Of a stretch of 39,154 nucleotides of DNA, positions 19,243 through 27,896 are shown piece after piece. Position 1 is the stretch's first letter. The number at the start of each line of letters is the position of its first letter. The stretch covers positions 1 to 39,154 of IMG/VR virus record IMGVR_UViG_3300032243_001044. One strand, given 5' to 3'. The DNA is from a virus (taxonomy: Duplodnaviria; Caudoviricetes). The position numbers and the translations under genes are program-made. The notes beneath the pieces were generated by a model, which ran no database searches, was not told the origin of the DNA, and was given only the letters and a program-made list of their open reading frames with translations.

Positions 19243-20499
19243 ATGAGTAAAATTTATATTTCTATAGCATCCTATAGAGATCCACAGCTATTACCTACGT
19301 TACATGACTGTATTAAAAATGCAGATCATCCTGAAAATTTAGTTTTTGGTATTGCCTGGCAACATGCTGAGGAAGATACTTGGGATGATTTGAGCGAATT
19401 TAGAAACGACACTCGTTTTAGAATTATTAATATTGATTATAAAGATTCTAAAGGTGCATGTTGGGCACGAAACCAAGTTCACCAACACTATGGTGGTGAA
19501 GAATATTATCTACAATTAGATTCCCATCACCGTTTTATTAAAGGTTGGGATACCGAGTGTATCAAAATGATTAAACAATTACAAAAGAAAGGACATAAAA
19601 AACCATTACTTACATCCTATATTCCCTCATTTGACCCAGATAATGATCCAGAAAAACGTGTAAATGAACCTTGGTGGATGACATTTGATAGATTTATTCC
19701 TGAAGGAGCTATATTTTTTTTACCTGCAACTATTCCAAATTGGCAAAAATTAAAAGCCCCAATACCATCAAGATTTTTATCAGCACATTTTATTTTTACA
19801 TTAGGACAATGGTGTGTTGAAGTACCTTACGATCCTGAATATTACTTTCATGGTGAAGAAATTTCATTAGCTGTTCGTTCATATACTTGGGGATATGATT
19901 TATTTCACCCACATAAAGTAATTGCTTGGCATGAATATACTCGTAAGGGTAGAACTAAACAATGGGATGATGATAAAGAATGGGTAGCTAAAAATAATCA
20001 TTGTCACCAACGTAATAGAGCTTTATTTGGCATTGATAGTGAATGTAGATGTGGAATAGAATTTGGACCTTATGATTTTGGAAATGAACGAACTTTATTC
20101 CAATATGAAGCATATGCTGGTATTAGATTTAGAGATAGATCCATCCAACAATATACTAGAGATAATAATATAGCACCAAACCCGTTAATCAAATCCCCTC
20201 TTGATTATGATTTATCTTTCCTAAACATATTTAAACACTGTATAGATATAGGGTATGATTCAGTACCTTTAAACGATTATGAATTTTGGTGTGTTGCTTT
20301 TGAAAATGAACAAGGAGAAACTATTTATAGACAAGATGCTGACCAAGATGAAATTAAAAGATTAAAAACTGATCCTGATGGTTATTGTAAAGTTTGGAGA
20401 GAATTTAGTACTAAAGGATCTCCTCATAAATGGATTGTTTGGCCTTATTCTACTACTAAAGGTTGGTGTGATAAAATAGAGGGATATTTACCAAAATAA
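19243..20499 (+). CDS. GT60-like polypeptide alpha-GlcNAc transferase (Skp1 Gnt1/Gnt2-like)
   Basis: IYISIASYRD, GACWAR, LQLDSHHRFIKGWD, VPYDPEYYFHGEEISLAVRSYTWGYDLFHP motifs match the Dictyostelium Gnt1/Gnt2 family as recalled; extra ~90-aa C-terminal domain. Confidence 0.85.
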   Translation: MSKIYISIASYRDPQLLPTLHDCIKNADHPENLVFGIAWQHAEEDTWDDLSEFRNDTRFRIINIDYKDSKGACWARNQVHQHYGGEEYYLQLDSHHRFIKGWDTECIKMIKQLQKKGHKKPLLTSYIPSFDPDNDPEKRVNEPWWMTFDRFIPEGAIFFLPATIPNWQKLKAPIPSRFLSAHFIFTLGQWCVEVPYDPEYYFHGEEISLAVRSYTWGYDLFHPHKVIAWHEYTRKGRTKQWDDDKEWVAKNNHCHQRNRALFGIDSECRCGIEFGPYDFGNERTLFQYEAYAGIRFRDRSIQQYTRDNNIAPNPLIKSPLDYDLSFLNIFKHCIDIGYDSVPLNDYEFWCVAFENEQGETIYRQDADQDEIKRLKTDPDGYCKVWREFSTKGSPHKWIVWPYSTTKGWCDKIEGYLPK

Positions 20500-20507
20500 A
20501 AATTAAA

Positions 20508-22796
20508 ATGAATTTTAAAATAGTTGTCCCTTTTTGGTTAGGTATAAATTCAAATGAAAATGAATCAAGACTAAAAAACTTAAAATTTGTTAACAATAAT
20601 CTTACAGATCTTGTTGCTTTTTTAAGAAACAAAGATATAGATATTGATTATGAAATTTATGATTTTTCGATTAAACCTATTGAAGGATTTGAAAAAATTA
20701 CTCATATTCCTTTTGGAAAAGAAGGTGAATTTAGGAAAACTGAAAAATTAAATATTTGCATAAGCAAAACAAAAGAAGATATTTTTGTAGGTTGGGACGC
20801 TGATGTAATTATAAAGAATTCTGATTTTGAACACTTTTATAATGTTTTAAAAGATTTTAAAATTAATGAATATTATAATTCATTTAACGTAAAAGCAATT
20901 GATACCACTCAGGAATTTATTGATTATATTAATTATAATACAGAATTACTTGAAGATTTAAATGGCCATTTATATCATACTGATACTTTATCTTTAGGTG
21001 GGTTGTTTGTTATACCAACAGAATATTTAAGATTAGACGGAGGTTATAATGAAAAAATAACTCATAGAGGAGATGAAGATGGAGAATTACATGATAGGTT
21101 ATTTCAAAAATTTAAGATAAATAGAAATGCTATTTATACTTTTTATGGTTATCATCTTCCTCATATTTATGATTTTTTTAATCCTTTATATCAAAAAATA
21201 AAGATGCCTAATATATCAATTCATGGTTCACATAATGCTGCTATTGCTTTAGAAAATGATGGAGAAATTTTAGAAGTAATAGAAATAGAAAGATTTCTAA
21301 ATGTAAAAAATGCAGGATTAACCCAATATATAACTTCTCCATCTAGACATTTTGTTGTTCAAAATATTTTAAAATATATTAAAAAAAAATATGGATTTAA
21401 AGAATTTGGAATTTGTTTGTACTCAAACACTGATGTAATGGAAGATGGCATAAGAATAGATATTTCTACTTACATACCAGCTAGAAAATATATAAGTTGT
21501 TTACATCATGAGATACATGCTGCTTCTACTTTCTACCAATCAGATGATAAAGAAGCATTAATAGTTTCATTTGATGGTGGTGGTAGTGATGGGTTATTTA
21601 ATATATACCATGCTACTAGAAACAATAGAATGGAATTAGTTAATAAACATTACTTAGATTTAGGATTTCCTTATATGATATTTGGTGAATATGTAGCTGA
21701 TGTTAAAAAAGAAATTGACTTAGCTAGAGGTAATTTAGTGTATGCTGGTAAATTAATGGGATTAAGTTCTTATGGTGCTGTAAGAGAAGAATGGGTAGAT
21801 TCTTTTAAAGAGTTTTATAGATATAAAATTGATGGTAGTAATTATCCTGAACAATTACAAATATTAGGTGATAAAATAGGAATTACTTTTGACAAAGGAC
21901 AACAATTAGAAGGACAAACAGCATGGGATATTGTAGCTACTTCACAAAGAGTATTTGAAGATATATTTTATGAGGTTGTAAATCCTTACTTAGAAGCATA
22001 TCCGTCAATACCATTACATTTATCTGGTGGATGTTCACTTAACATATTGTTAAACACTCGTTTAAAACAGGAATTAAATCGAAAAATATTTGTATCACCT
22101 AACTCAAACGATTGTGGTTTAGCAGTAGGTATGATATTAAATTACTTAAAACCTACCCACCCAGTAGATATAACTTATAAAGGTGTTGGTATACTAGATG
22201 AACATACATTAATGGAATATGTTGATGAATATGTGTGTGCTTTGTATAAACAAGAAGAATTAGTTAATGATTTAGTAGAAGGTAAAGTAGTAGGAATTAT
22301 TAGAGATAAAGCAGAACATGGTCCTAGAGCACTAGGAAATAGAAGTATTATATGTAATCCAACTTTCCCTAATATGAAAGATATTCTTAACGCTAGAGTT
22401 AAAAATAGAGAATGGTATAGACCCTTTGCACCAGTAGTTAGATTAGAAGATGTGTCAAAATATTTTGAATTTGAAGGTGAAAGCCGTTGGATGAGTTTTT
22501 GTCCTCAAGTTAAAGAAGAATGGAAAGATAAATTACCATCAATTACTCATGTAGATGGAACTGCTAGAGTACAAACTGTAACCCAAGAACAAAACCCATG
22601 GTTATATAATTTAATTACTGATTTTGAAAAAGTATCTGGTGTTGGTGTATTATTAAATACATCCTTTAATATTGCTGGAAAACCAATAACATCTACATAT
22701 CGTGATGCTGTATGGTTATATGAATCAAGCCAAATGGATAGACTATTACTACAGGATTTTTACTTTAAAGTAAAATTTAACAAATATAGAAGATAA
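20508..22796 (+). CDS. GT-A glycosyltransferase (GT2/GT7C-like) fused to a NodU/CmcH O-carbamoyltransferase
   Basis: N: WDAD, GGYNEK...GDEDGEL; C: HGSHNAAIAL, HHEIHAAS, FDGGG, GKLMGLSSYG, GGCSLN, EHGPRALGNRSI, KNREWYRPFAP, HVDGTARVQTV, LLNTSFN. Confidence 0.92.
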   Translation: MNFKIVVPFWLGINSNENESRLKNLKFVNNNLTDLVAFLRNKDIDIDYEIYDFSIKPIEGFEKITHIPFGKEGEFRKTEKLNICISKTKEDIFVGWDADVIIKNSDFEHFYNVLKDFKINEYYNSFNVKAIDTTQEFIDYINYNTELLEDLNGHLYHTDTLSLGGLFVIPTEYLRLDGGYNEKITHRGDEDGELHDRLFQKFKINRNAIYTFYGYHLPHIYDFFNPLYQKIKMPNISIHGSHNAAIALENDGEILEVIEIERFLNVKNAGLTQYITSPSRHFVVQNILKYIKKKYGFKEFGICLYSNTDVMEDGIRIDISTYIPARKYISCLHHEIHAASTFYQSDDKEALIVSFDGGGSDGLFNIYHATRNNRMELVNKHYLDLGFPYMIFGEYVADVKKEIDLARGNLVYAGKLMGLSSYGAVREEWVDSFKEFYRYKIDGSNYPEQLQILGDKIGITFDKGQQLEGQTAWDIVATSQRVFEDIFYEVVNPYLEAYPSIPLHLSGGCSLNILLNTRLKQELNRKIFVSPNSNDCGLAVGMILNYLKPTHPVDITYKGVGILDEHTLMEYVDEYVCALYKQEELVNDLVEGKVVGIIRDKAEHGPRALGNRSIICNPTFPNMKDILNARVKNREWYRPFAPVVRLEDVSKYFEFEGESRWMSFCPQVKEEWKDKLPSITHVDGTARVQTVTQEQNPWLYNLITDFEKVSGVGVLLNTSFNIAGKPITSTYRDAVWLYESSQMDRLLLQDFYFKVKFNKYRR

Positions 22797-23683
22797 TGAA
22801 AACTAAATTAGTAACAGCAATATATAGTAAATTAGGTGATGGTTTTCCATTTTATGGATATAATCTTATAGCACGAACTGAAAGATTTTATTATTCTTTA
22901 GTGTCTATATCTCGTACAGGTGAGGATATAGTATGTTACTGTTCTGAAAATGAAATTGAAGATATTAAAAAAGTCTTAGATAGATTTAATGTTAGTAATG
23001 TTACTTTAAAACAATTTGAACTAAATAATTTTTCATATCATGAACGAATGAAGGAAATAAGATTAAATAATCCTGAAAAATTTTTTGAATTTCCTCATGA
23101 AGTTATGTGGGCTAAGTATTATTTTCTTAAACTAGAATTATCACAAGAACATGACTATCATTATTGGATAGATGCAGGATTAAGCCATAGTGGATTATTT
23201 CCAATAAAACATAATTCAGGAGGATGGGATGGTATGTCTTCAAACCCAGAAACTTATAACTACCCAGGTATATTTAATACTGAATTATTTTTAAAAATAA
23301 ATAGATTTGTTGGGGAAAAATTATTAGATATTTCTTCTAAACTTATAGGTTTTAGTACTCAACACATTATAGAATATTTAGAATTATCTTCATTTCATTT
23401 TACAGATTTAACAATAGGAGGTATAGTAGGAGGTTATAAAACTGATTTAGAATGGTTTATTGATACTTATTTTCAACTTGGTGAAACATGTTTAAAAAAT
23501 AATTATATTTTAGATAATGAACAAATTTTAGGAGGTATTACTAATTATCATCCTGAAAAATTTAATAAATTTTCTTTTGATACTTGGTATCATGAAGACT
23601 GGAAATTAAATCCTTCATTTAAACATATCAATTTAGATGAGTTAGTTCATTTTACTCATTTCTTTGACAGAGTTATTAAATAG
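22796..23683 (+). CDS. HtrL/YibB (WlaTC)-like putative glycosyltransferase
   Basis: KLVTAIY, VMWAK, YWIDAGL, GGIVGG, NEQIL; similar to the N-domain of the next gene. Confidence 0.65.
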   Translation: MKTKLVTAIYSKLGDGFPFYGYNLIARTERFYYSLVSISRTGEDIVCYCSENEIEDIKKVLDRFNVSNVTLKQFELNNFSYHERMKEIRLNNPEKFFEFPHEVMWAKYYFLKLELSQEHDYHYWIDAGLSHSGLFPIKHNSGGWDGMSSNPETYNYPGIFNTELFLKINRFVGEKLLDISSKLIGFSTQHIIEYLELSSFHFTDLTIGGIVGGYKTDLEWFIDTYFQLGETCLKNNYILDNEQILGGITNYHPEKFNKFSFDTWYHEDWKLNPSFKHINLDELVHFTHFFDRVIK

Positions 23684-23689
23684 TTTTTT

Positions 23690-25360
23690 ATGAGTGTTAC
23701 AATAGTTACGGGAATTTGGGATATTAAGAGAGAATCTTTGTCTGATGGGTGGTCTAGATCTTTTGATCATTATCTTCGTCATTTAGAAAGATTATTAAAA
23801 GCTCCTAATAATTTTATAATTTTTATTGAACAACAATATGAAAGTTGGGTTTGGGAGAGACGAGATAAATCTAATACTATTGTTATAATTAGAGAATTAG
23901 ATTGGTTTAGATCAAACGAATTTATATTTAATAAAATTCAAAAAATAAGAAATAACCCTGAATGGTATAATCAATCAGGATGGTTACCTGACAGTACTCA
24001 AGCTAAGCTTGAGATGTATAATCCTATAGTAATGTCAAAAATATTTTTACTTAATGACGCTGCTATATTTGATACATTTAATTCATCTCATTTAGTTTGG
24101 GTTGATGGTGCTCTTACAAACACAGTTCATGAAGGTTATTTTTGGCATGATAAAGTAATAGAAAAATTAGATAAATATTTTAATAAATTTAGTTTTGTTG
24201 CTTTCCCATATGATGGTAAAGTAGAAATACATGGATTTAGTTATAATCCTATGTGTGTATATGCAAACGATACTATAGATAAGGTTTGTAGAGGGGGAAT
24301 ATTTGGTGGCCCTAAACACATTATAAATAAAATAAATGAAATATACTATAATCTTCTTACAGATACTCTATCAGCGGGTTATATGGGTACCGAAGAATCT
24401 TTATTTACAATAATGCTTTACAAACACCCAGAACTATTTCAATATTTTAGCATTGAAATGAATGGATTGTTAGGTACTTTTTTTGAAAATTTAAAAAATG
24501 ATACATTAGAAACTAAAGTACAATCTCATAACATTAAAGTAAATCCTCATAGTATTGATAATGTTGCTTTATATGTTTTAACTTATAACTCACCAGAACA
24601 ATTTAAAACACTTTGTATATCGTTTGAAGAATATGATAAAAATTTCTTAGATAGACCTAAAAAGTTTTTATTAAATAATTCATTAGACCATAGCACAAAT
24701 GAAGAATATGCTGAACTTTGTAAAAAATATGGGTTTGAAGAAATTAAAAAAGATAATTTGGGTATATGTGGTGGTAGACAGTTTATAGCAGAACATGCTG
24801 AAGCTAATGCTTTTGATTATCATTTCTTTTTTGAAGATGATATGTTTTTCTATTTAGGTAAAGATGAATTTTGTAAAAATGGATTTAGACGAAAAATTAA
24901 AAATTTTTATGACATCCTAATGGGTTTAACTTGGAATGAAAATTTTGATTTTGTAAAATGGAATTTCTCTGAATTTTATGGAGATAATACAAAACAATGG
25001 GCTTGGCATAACGTACCTGCTTCTTTACGCTCTGAATTATTTCCAACAAAACCTGTTAAATTAACTTCAAATACAGAAGAAGCACCATACGTAAAATATA
25101 ATAATATCAAATCATATAGCAGTTTAGCGTATGCTACTGGTGAAATTTATTATTGTAATTGGCCACAAGTGGTATCTCGTGAAGGAAATAAAAAAATGTT
25201 TTTAAATACAACTTGGGCACATCCTTTTGAACAAACATGGATGAGCCACATTTATCAAGAAACACTTAAAGGCAATATATATCCGGGGATATTATTAGCT
25301 ACCCCTACAGAACATAACAGGTTTGAATTTTACAAAGCTGAAGAAAGACGTGAAAATTAA
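23690..25360 (+). CDS. HtrL/YibB-like domain fused to a GT2-like domain
   Basis: N: TIVTGIWDIKR, RSFDHYL, IVMSK, VWVDGAL, RGGIFGG, GTEES; C: YVLTYNSPEQF, NLGICGGRQ, FFEDDM. Confidence 0.75.
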   Translation: MSVTIVTGIWDIKRESLSDGWSRSFDHYLRHLERLLKAPNNFIIFIEQQYESWVWERRDKSNTIVIIRELDWFRSNEFIFNKIQKIRNNPEWYNQSGWLPDSTQAKLEMYNPIVMSKIFLLNDAAIFDTFNSSHLVWVDGALTNTVHEGYFWHDKVIEKLDKYFNKFSFVAFPYDGKVEIHGFSYNPMCVYANDTIDKVCRGGIFGGPKHIINKINEIYYNLLTDTLSAGYMGTEESLFTIMLYKHPELFQYFSIEMNGLLGTFFENLKNDTLETKVQSHNIKVNPHSIDNVALYVLTYNSPEQFKTLCISFEEYDKNFLDRPKKFLLNNSLDHSTNEEYAELCKKYGFEEIKKDNLGICGGRQFIAEHAEANAFDYHFFFEDDMFFYLGKDEFCKNGFRRKIKNFYDILMGLTWNENFDFVKWNFSEFYGDNTKQWAWHNVPASLRSELFPTKPVKLTSNTEEAPYVKYNNIKSYSSLAYATGEIYYCNWPQVVSREGNKKMFLNTTWAHPFEQTWMSHIYQETLKGNIYPGILLATPTEHNRFEFYKAEERREN

Positions 25361-25369
25361 ATATTTATA
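25361..25369 (+). promoter_or_regulatory. putative late promoter (ATATTTATA)
   Basis: Recurrent motif that resumes right after the glycosylation genes, upstream of TTG 25385. Confidence 0.55.
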
Positions 25370-25384
25370 TAAAAACGCATACAA

Positions 25385-26176
25385 TTGGCAAATGTTGACG
25401 CATACGTAAGAATGTTGACTGGATCAGGTCCAGGTCCTTATAATATATACTACCGTACTAGTAATGGTAATATAAAATTTTTTGACGGACCCTTTACACT
25501 TCAGCAATTGTATAATACTGAATATATTAGTGTACCTGCAGAAACTCAAACAATATTGATTAAAAATATCAACCCTGCATGTAAAGCTTACACTAAAGAA
25601 AAAGTAATCCAAATTTCTCTTACACCAACTCCAACACCAACATCATCACCAACTGTAACACCAACAAATACACCAAATGCTTCGTTAACGCCTACACCAA
25701 CCCAAACTCAAACCAACACACCAACAATAACAAGAACTCCAACATTAACAGTAACACCAACTCTAACAGCTACAAACACTCCTACTCCTTCATTGCCATT
25801 AGTTGGTATTAATATTAACTTAACAGTTGACTCTGGTAACACTGGATATATTAGAATATACAGAGCTGATACTACTACTTTATTAGCAACTTTATCTAAT
25901 AATGGAGATTCAACTACGGTATTCTTACCTAGTGGTACTTTGTATTATGCTCAAATAGTTCTTCAATCTAGACAATTTAGTACGGATGTTGCTCAAATAA
26001 ATCATTATATTAACGGAACAGCAGATATATGTAGCCCTTATGTTCAAACTAACTTAAATACTCTATTAACACTTTCATGCCCAGCTCAATTTGGAGGCGC
26101 TAATGGTTATCCATCAGTAAGTTACGGAAGTACTTATACAATTAATGCATTCTTAGGTGTTAGAAGACCTGTATAA
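25385..26176 (+). CDS. second Thr/Pro stalk protein (N-domain, mucin-like linker, tip domain)
   Basis: TTG start; GPGPYNIYY N-domain; T/P tract; C-domain GNTGYIRI...NNGD resembles GANGYMQI...NNGS of 17282. Confidence 0.75.
   Translation: MANVDAYVRMLTGSGPGPYNIYYRTSNGNIKFFDGPFTLQQLYNTEYISVPAETQTILIKNINPACKAYTKEKVIQISLTPTPTPTSSPTVTPTNTPNASLTPTPTQTQTNTPTITRTPTLTVTPTLTATNTPTPSLPLVGININLTVDSGNTGYIRIYRADTTTLLATLSNNGDSTTVFLPSGTLYYAQIVLQSRQFSTDVAQINHYINGTADICSPYVQTNLNTLLTLSCPAQFGGANGYPSVSYGSTYTINAFLGVRRPV
25622..25792 (+). repeat. coding Thr/Pro repeat
   Basis: [18 protein letters not shown]...TNTPTPS (~57 aa). Confidence 0.9.
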
Positions 26177-26191
26177 TAAATTTTTATAACA

Positions 26192-26509
26192 ATGGAATAT
26201 AGCGGATCTTTTCAATTATCATTTAAAAACGAACATATCATTTATGAAAATGAAGTGTGCTGCGTTGTTAAAGAAAGTGAATTTAATTTATCGTATAATC
26301 CAACTTTAGTAAATAATTACTCAAGTGGATCTTTAAAATCATTCGCTACTGGCTCTGCATTACCATCAGGTTCTTATTTTACACCTTATGCTACAGGAAT
26401 AGGTTTATATAATGATGATGGTGATTTATTAGCTGTAGCTAAATTTGGTAAACCAATTTTAATGTCACCTTATACTGACATGACCTTTGTTGTGAAATAT
26501 GATGTCTAA
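26192..26509 (+). CDS. detached C-terminal half of a tail-collar-like structural protein
   Basis: SFQL...KESEFNLSYNP...YATGIGLYNDDGDLLAVAKFGKP aligns with the 16300 C-terminus NFQL...[11 protein letters not shown]...[23 protein letters not shown]. Confidence 0.8.
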   Translation: MEYSGSFQLSFKNEHIIYENEVCCVVKESEFNLSYNPTLVNNYSSGSLKSFATGSALPSGSYFTPYATGIGLYNDDGDLLAVAKFGKPILMSPYTDMTFVVKYDV

Positions 26510-26939
26510 ATGGAAAAGTTGGGATATAATTGATCCCACAAAATATTATGGTTTTGTTTACTGTATTACTAATGAAGTAACAGGTAGATTTTATATTGGT
26601 AAAAAAGCATTCTTTCATAACAAGAAGCATAAATTAACCCAAAAACAACTATCAGAACAAACAGGACCTGGTCGCAAACCAAAGTTTGAAATAATTCAAA
26701 GTGAAAGCGATTGGCAAACGTATTGGGGTTCTAATAAGCAATTACTTGCTGATGTTAAACAATATGGTGAGGAAAATTTTACTTGTTGGATTTATAGACA
26801 ATGCAAAACTAAAAAACAACTAACATACTATGAAATGCACTATCAGTGTAAATATGAGTGTTTAACTAGTCCTAGTATGTCTTATAATGATAATATATTA
26901 GGTAAATTTTTTACTAAAGATTTGATTGAGGCAGAATAA
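26499..26939 (+). CDS. GIY-YIG (Seg-like) nuclease family protein
   Basis: GFVYCITNEVTGRFYIGKK, SDWQTYWGS, LTYYE, YNDNI. Confidence 0.8.
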   Translation: MMSKWKSWDIIDPTKYYGFVYCITNEVTGRFYIGKKAFFHNKKHKLTQKQLSEQTGPGRKPKFEIIQSESDWQTYWGSNKQLLADVKQYGEENFTCWIYRQCKTKKQLTYYEMHYQCKYECLTSPSMSYNDNILGKFFTKDLIEAE

Positions 26940-26952
26940 GATGTTATATTCA
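26921..26952 (+). promoter_or_regulatory. Bacteroidota-type promoter for the primase operon
   Basis: TTTG (26921-26924), 20 nt, TATATTCA (26945-26952), ATG at 26958. Confidence 0.5.
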
Positions 26953-26957
26953 CGGTT

Positions 26958-27896
26958 ATGGAAAATGCAGCATTACTGCTATTAGTAGAATCCGTTTTAG
27001 GTAAAGGGCAGGTCACAAGTAAAGGTAATTACGCTTTTAAGTGTCCGTTTTGTGCTCACCACAAACAAAAACTAGAGGTATCACTACGTACTACAGCTAA
27101 ACGTGAAAATTTTTGGCATTGTTGGGTTTGTGATTCTAAAGGTAAATCTATACGTGCGTTATTTAAACGTGCTAAAGCGTCGCCTGATCGATTTAAAGAC
27201 CTAGATTTGCTCATTCAACCTACAGCTAATGATACTATTGTATCTAGCGAAGCACTCGCTTTACCCGCCGAGTATATCGCATTTAACGATATTTACTTGG
27301 ATAAAGTCGCTCAAATAGAGGCTAAACACGCATTAAAATTTCTAACGAAACGTAACGTAACTAAAGACGATATTTTAAAATACAATATTGGTTTCTGTAA
27401 GGAAGGGTCGTATGGTGGACGAATAATAATACCATCATATGATGCAAATGGTATTTTAAATTACTTCGTTGCTCGCGCTTACAAAGAATCAGATCGCAAA
27501 TATAAAAATCCACCTGTAGCATCTAAGGAAGTTATAGGTTTAGAATTATACATAAATTGGGATGCACCAATCATACTTTGTGAAGGTATGTTTGATGCAA
27601 TTACTATTAAACGAAACGTAATTCCATTATTAGGTAAAGTATTACATAACAAACTAATGGAAAAACTAGTTAAATCAAGCGTTGATAGAATTTACATTGC
27701 ACTAGATAATGATGCTAAAAAAGATGCCCTTAAACATGCTGAGAAATTAATGTCGTATGGTAAAGAGGTTTACATGGTGGAATTAGAAGGTAAAGATGCA
27801 AATGAAATCGGGTTTGAATCATTTTTAAATACTCTTGAGCATACACAACCTTTGACTTTTCAAAGTTTGCTTGAGAAAAAACTACAAAACATATGA
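26958..27896 (+). CDS. DNA primase (Zn finger plus TOPRIM)
   Basis: CPFC..H...CWVC Zn ribbon; RIIIP, KYKNP, CEGMFDA, ALDNDA, KDANEIG. Confidence 0.92.
   Translation: MENAALLLLVESVLGKGQVTSKGNYAFKCPFCAHHKQKLEVSLRTTAKRENFWHCWVCDSKGKSIRALFKRAKASPDRFKDLDLLIQPTANDTIVSSEALALPAEYIAFNDIYLDKVAQIEAKHALKFLTKRNVTKDDILKYNIGFCKEGSYGGRIIIPSYDANGILNYFVARAYKESDRKYKNPPVASKEVIGLELYINWDAPIILCEGMFDAITIKRNVIPLLGKVLHNKLMEKLVKSSVDRIYIALDNDAKKDALKHAEKLMSYGKEVYMVELEGKDANEIGFESFLNTLEHTQPLTFQSLLEKKLQNI

Noticed and set aside
19243-25360. DNA hypermodification cluster
   Set aside because: Not excluded, but no thymidylate-synthase-like, TET/JBP or base-kinase gene is adjacent; context and the GT60 family favour protein glycosylation
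17860-26192. Intron or intein explaining the split structural gene
   Set aside because: The intervening 8 kb is fully coding, with no group I/II core or intein terminal motifs seen, and the C-half has its own ATG
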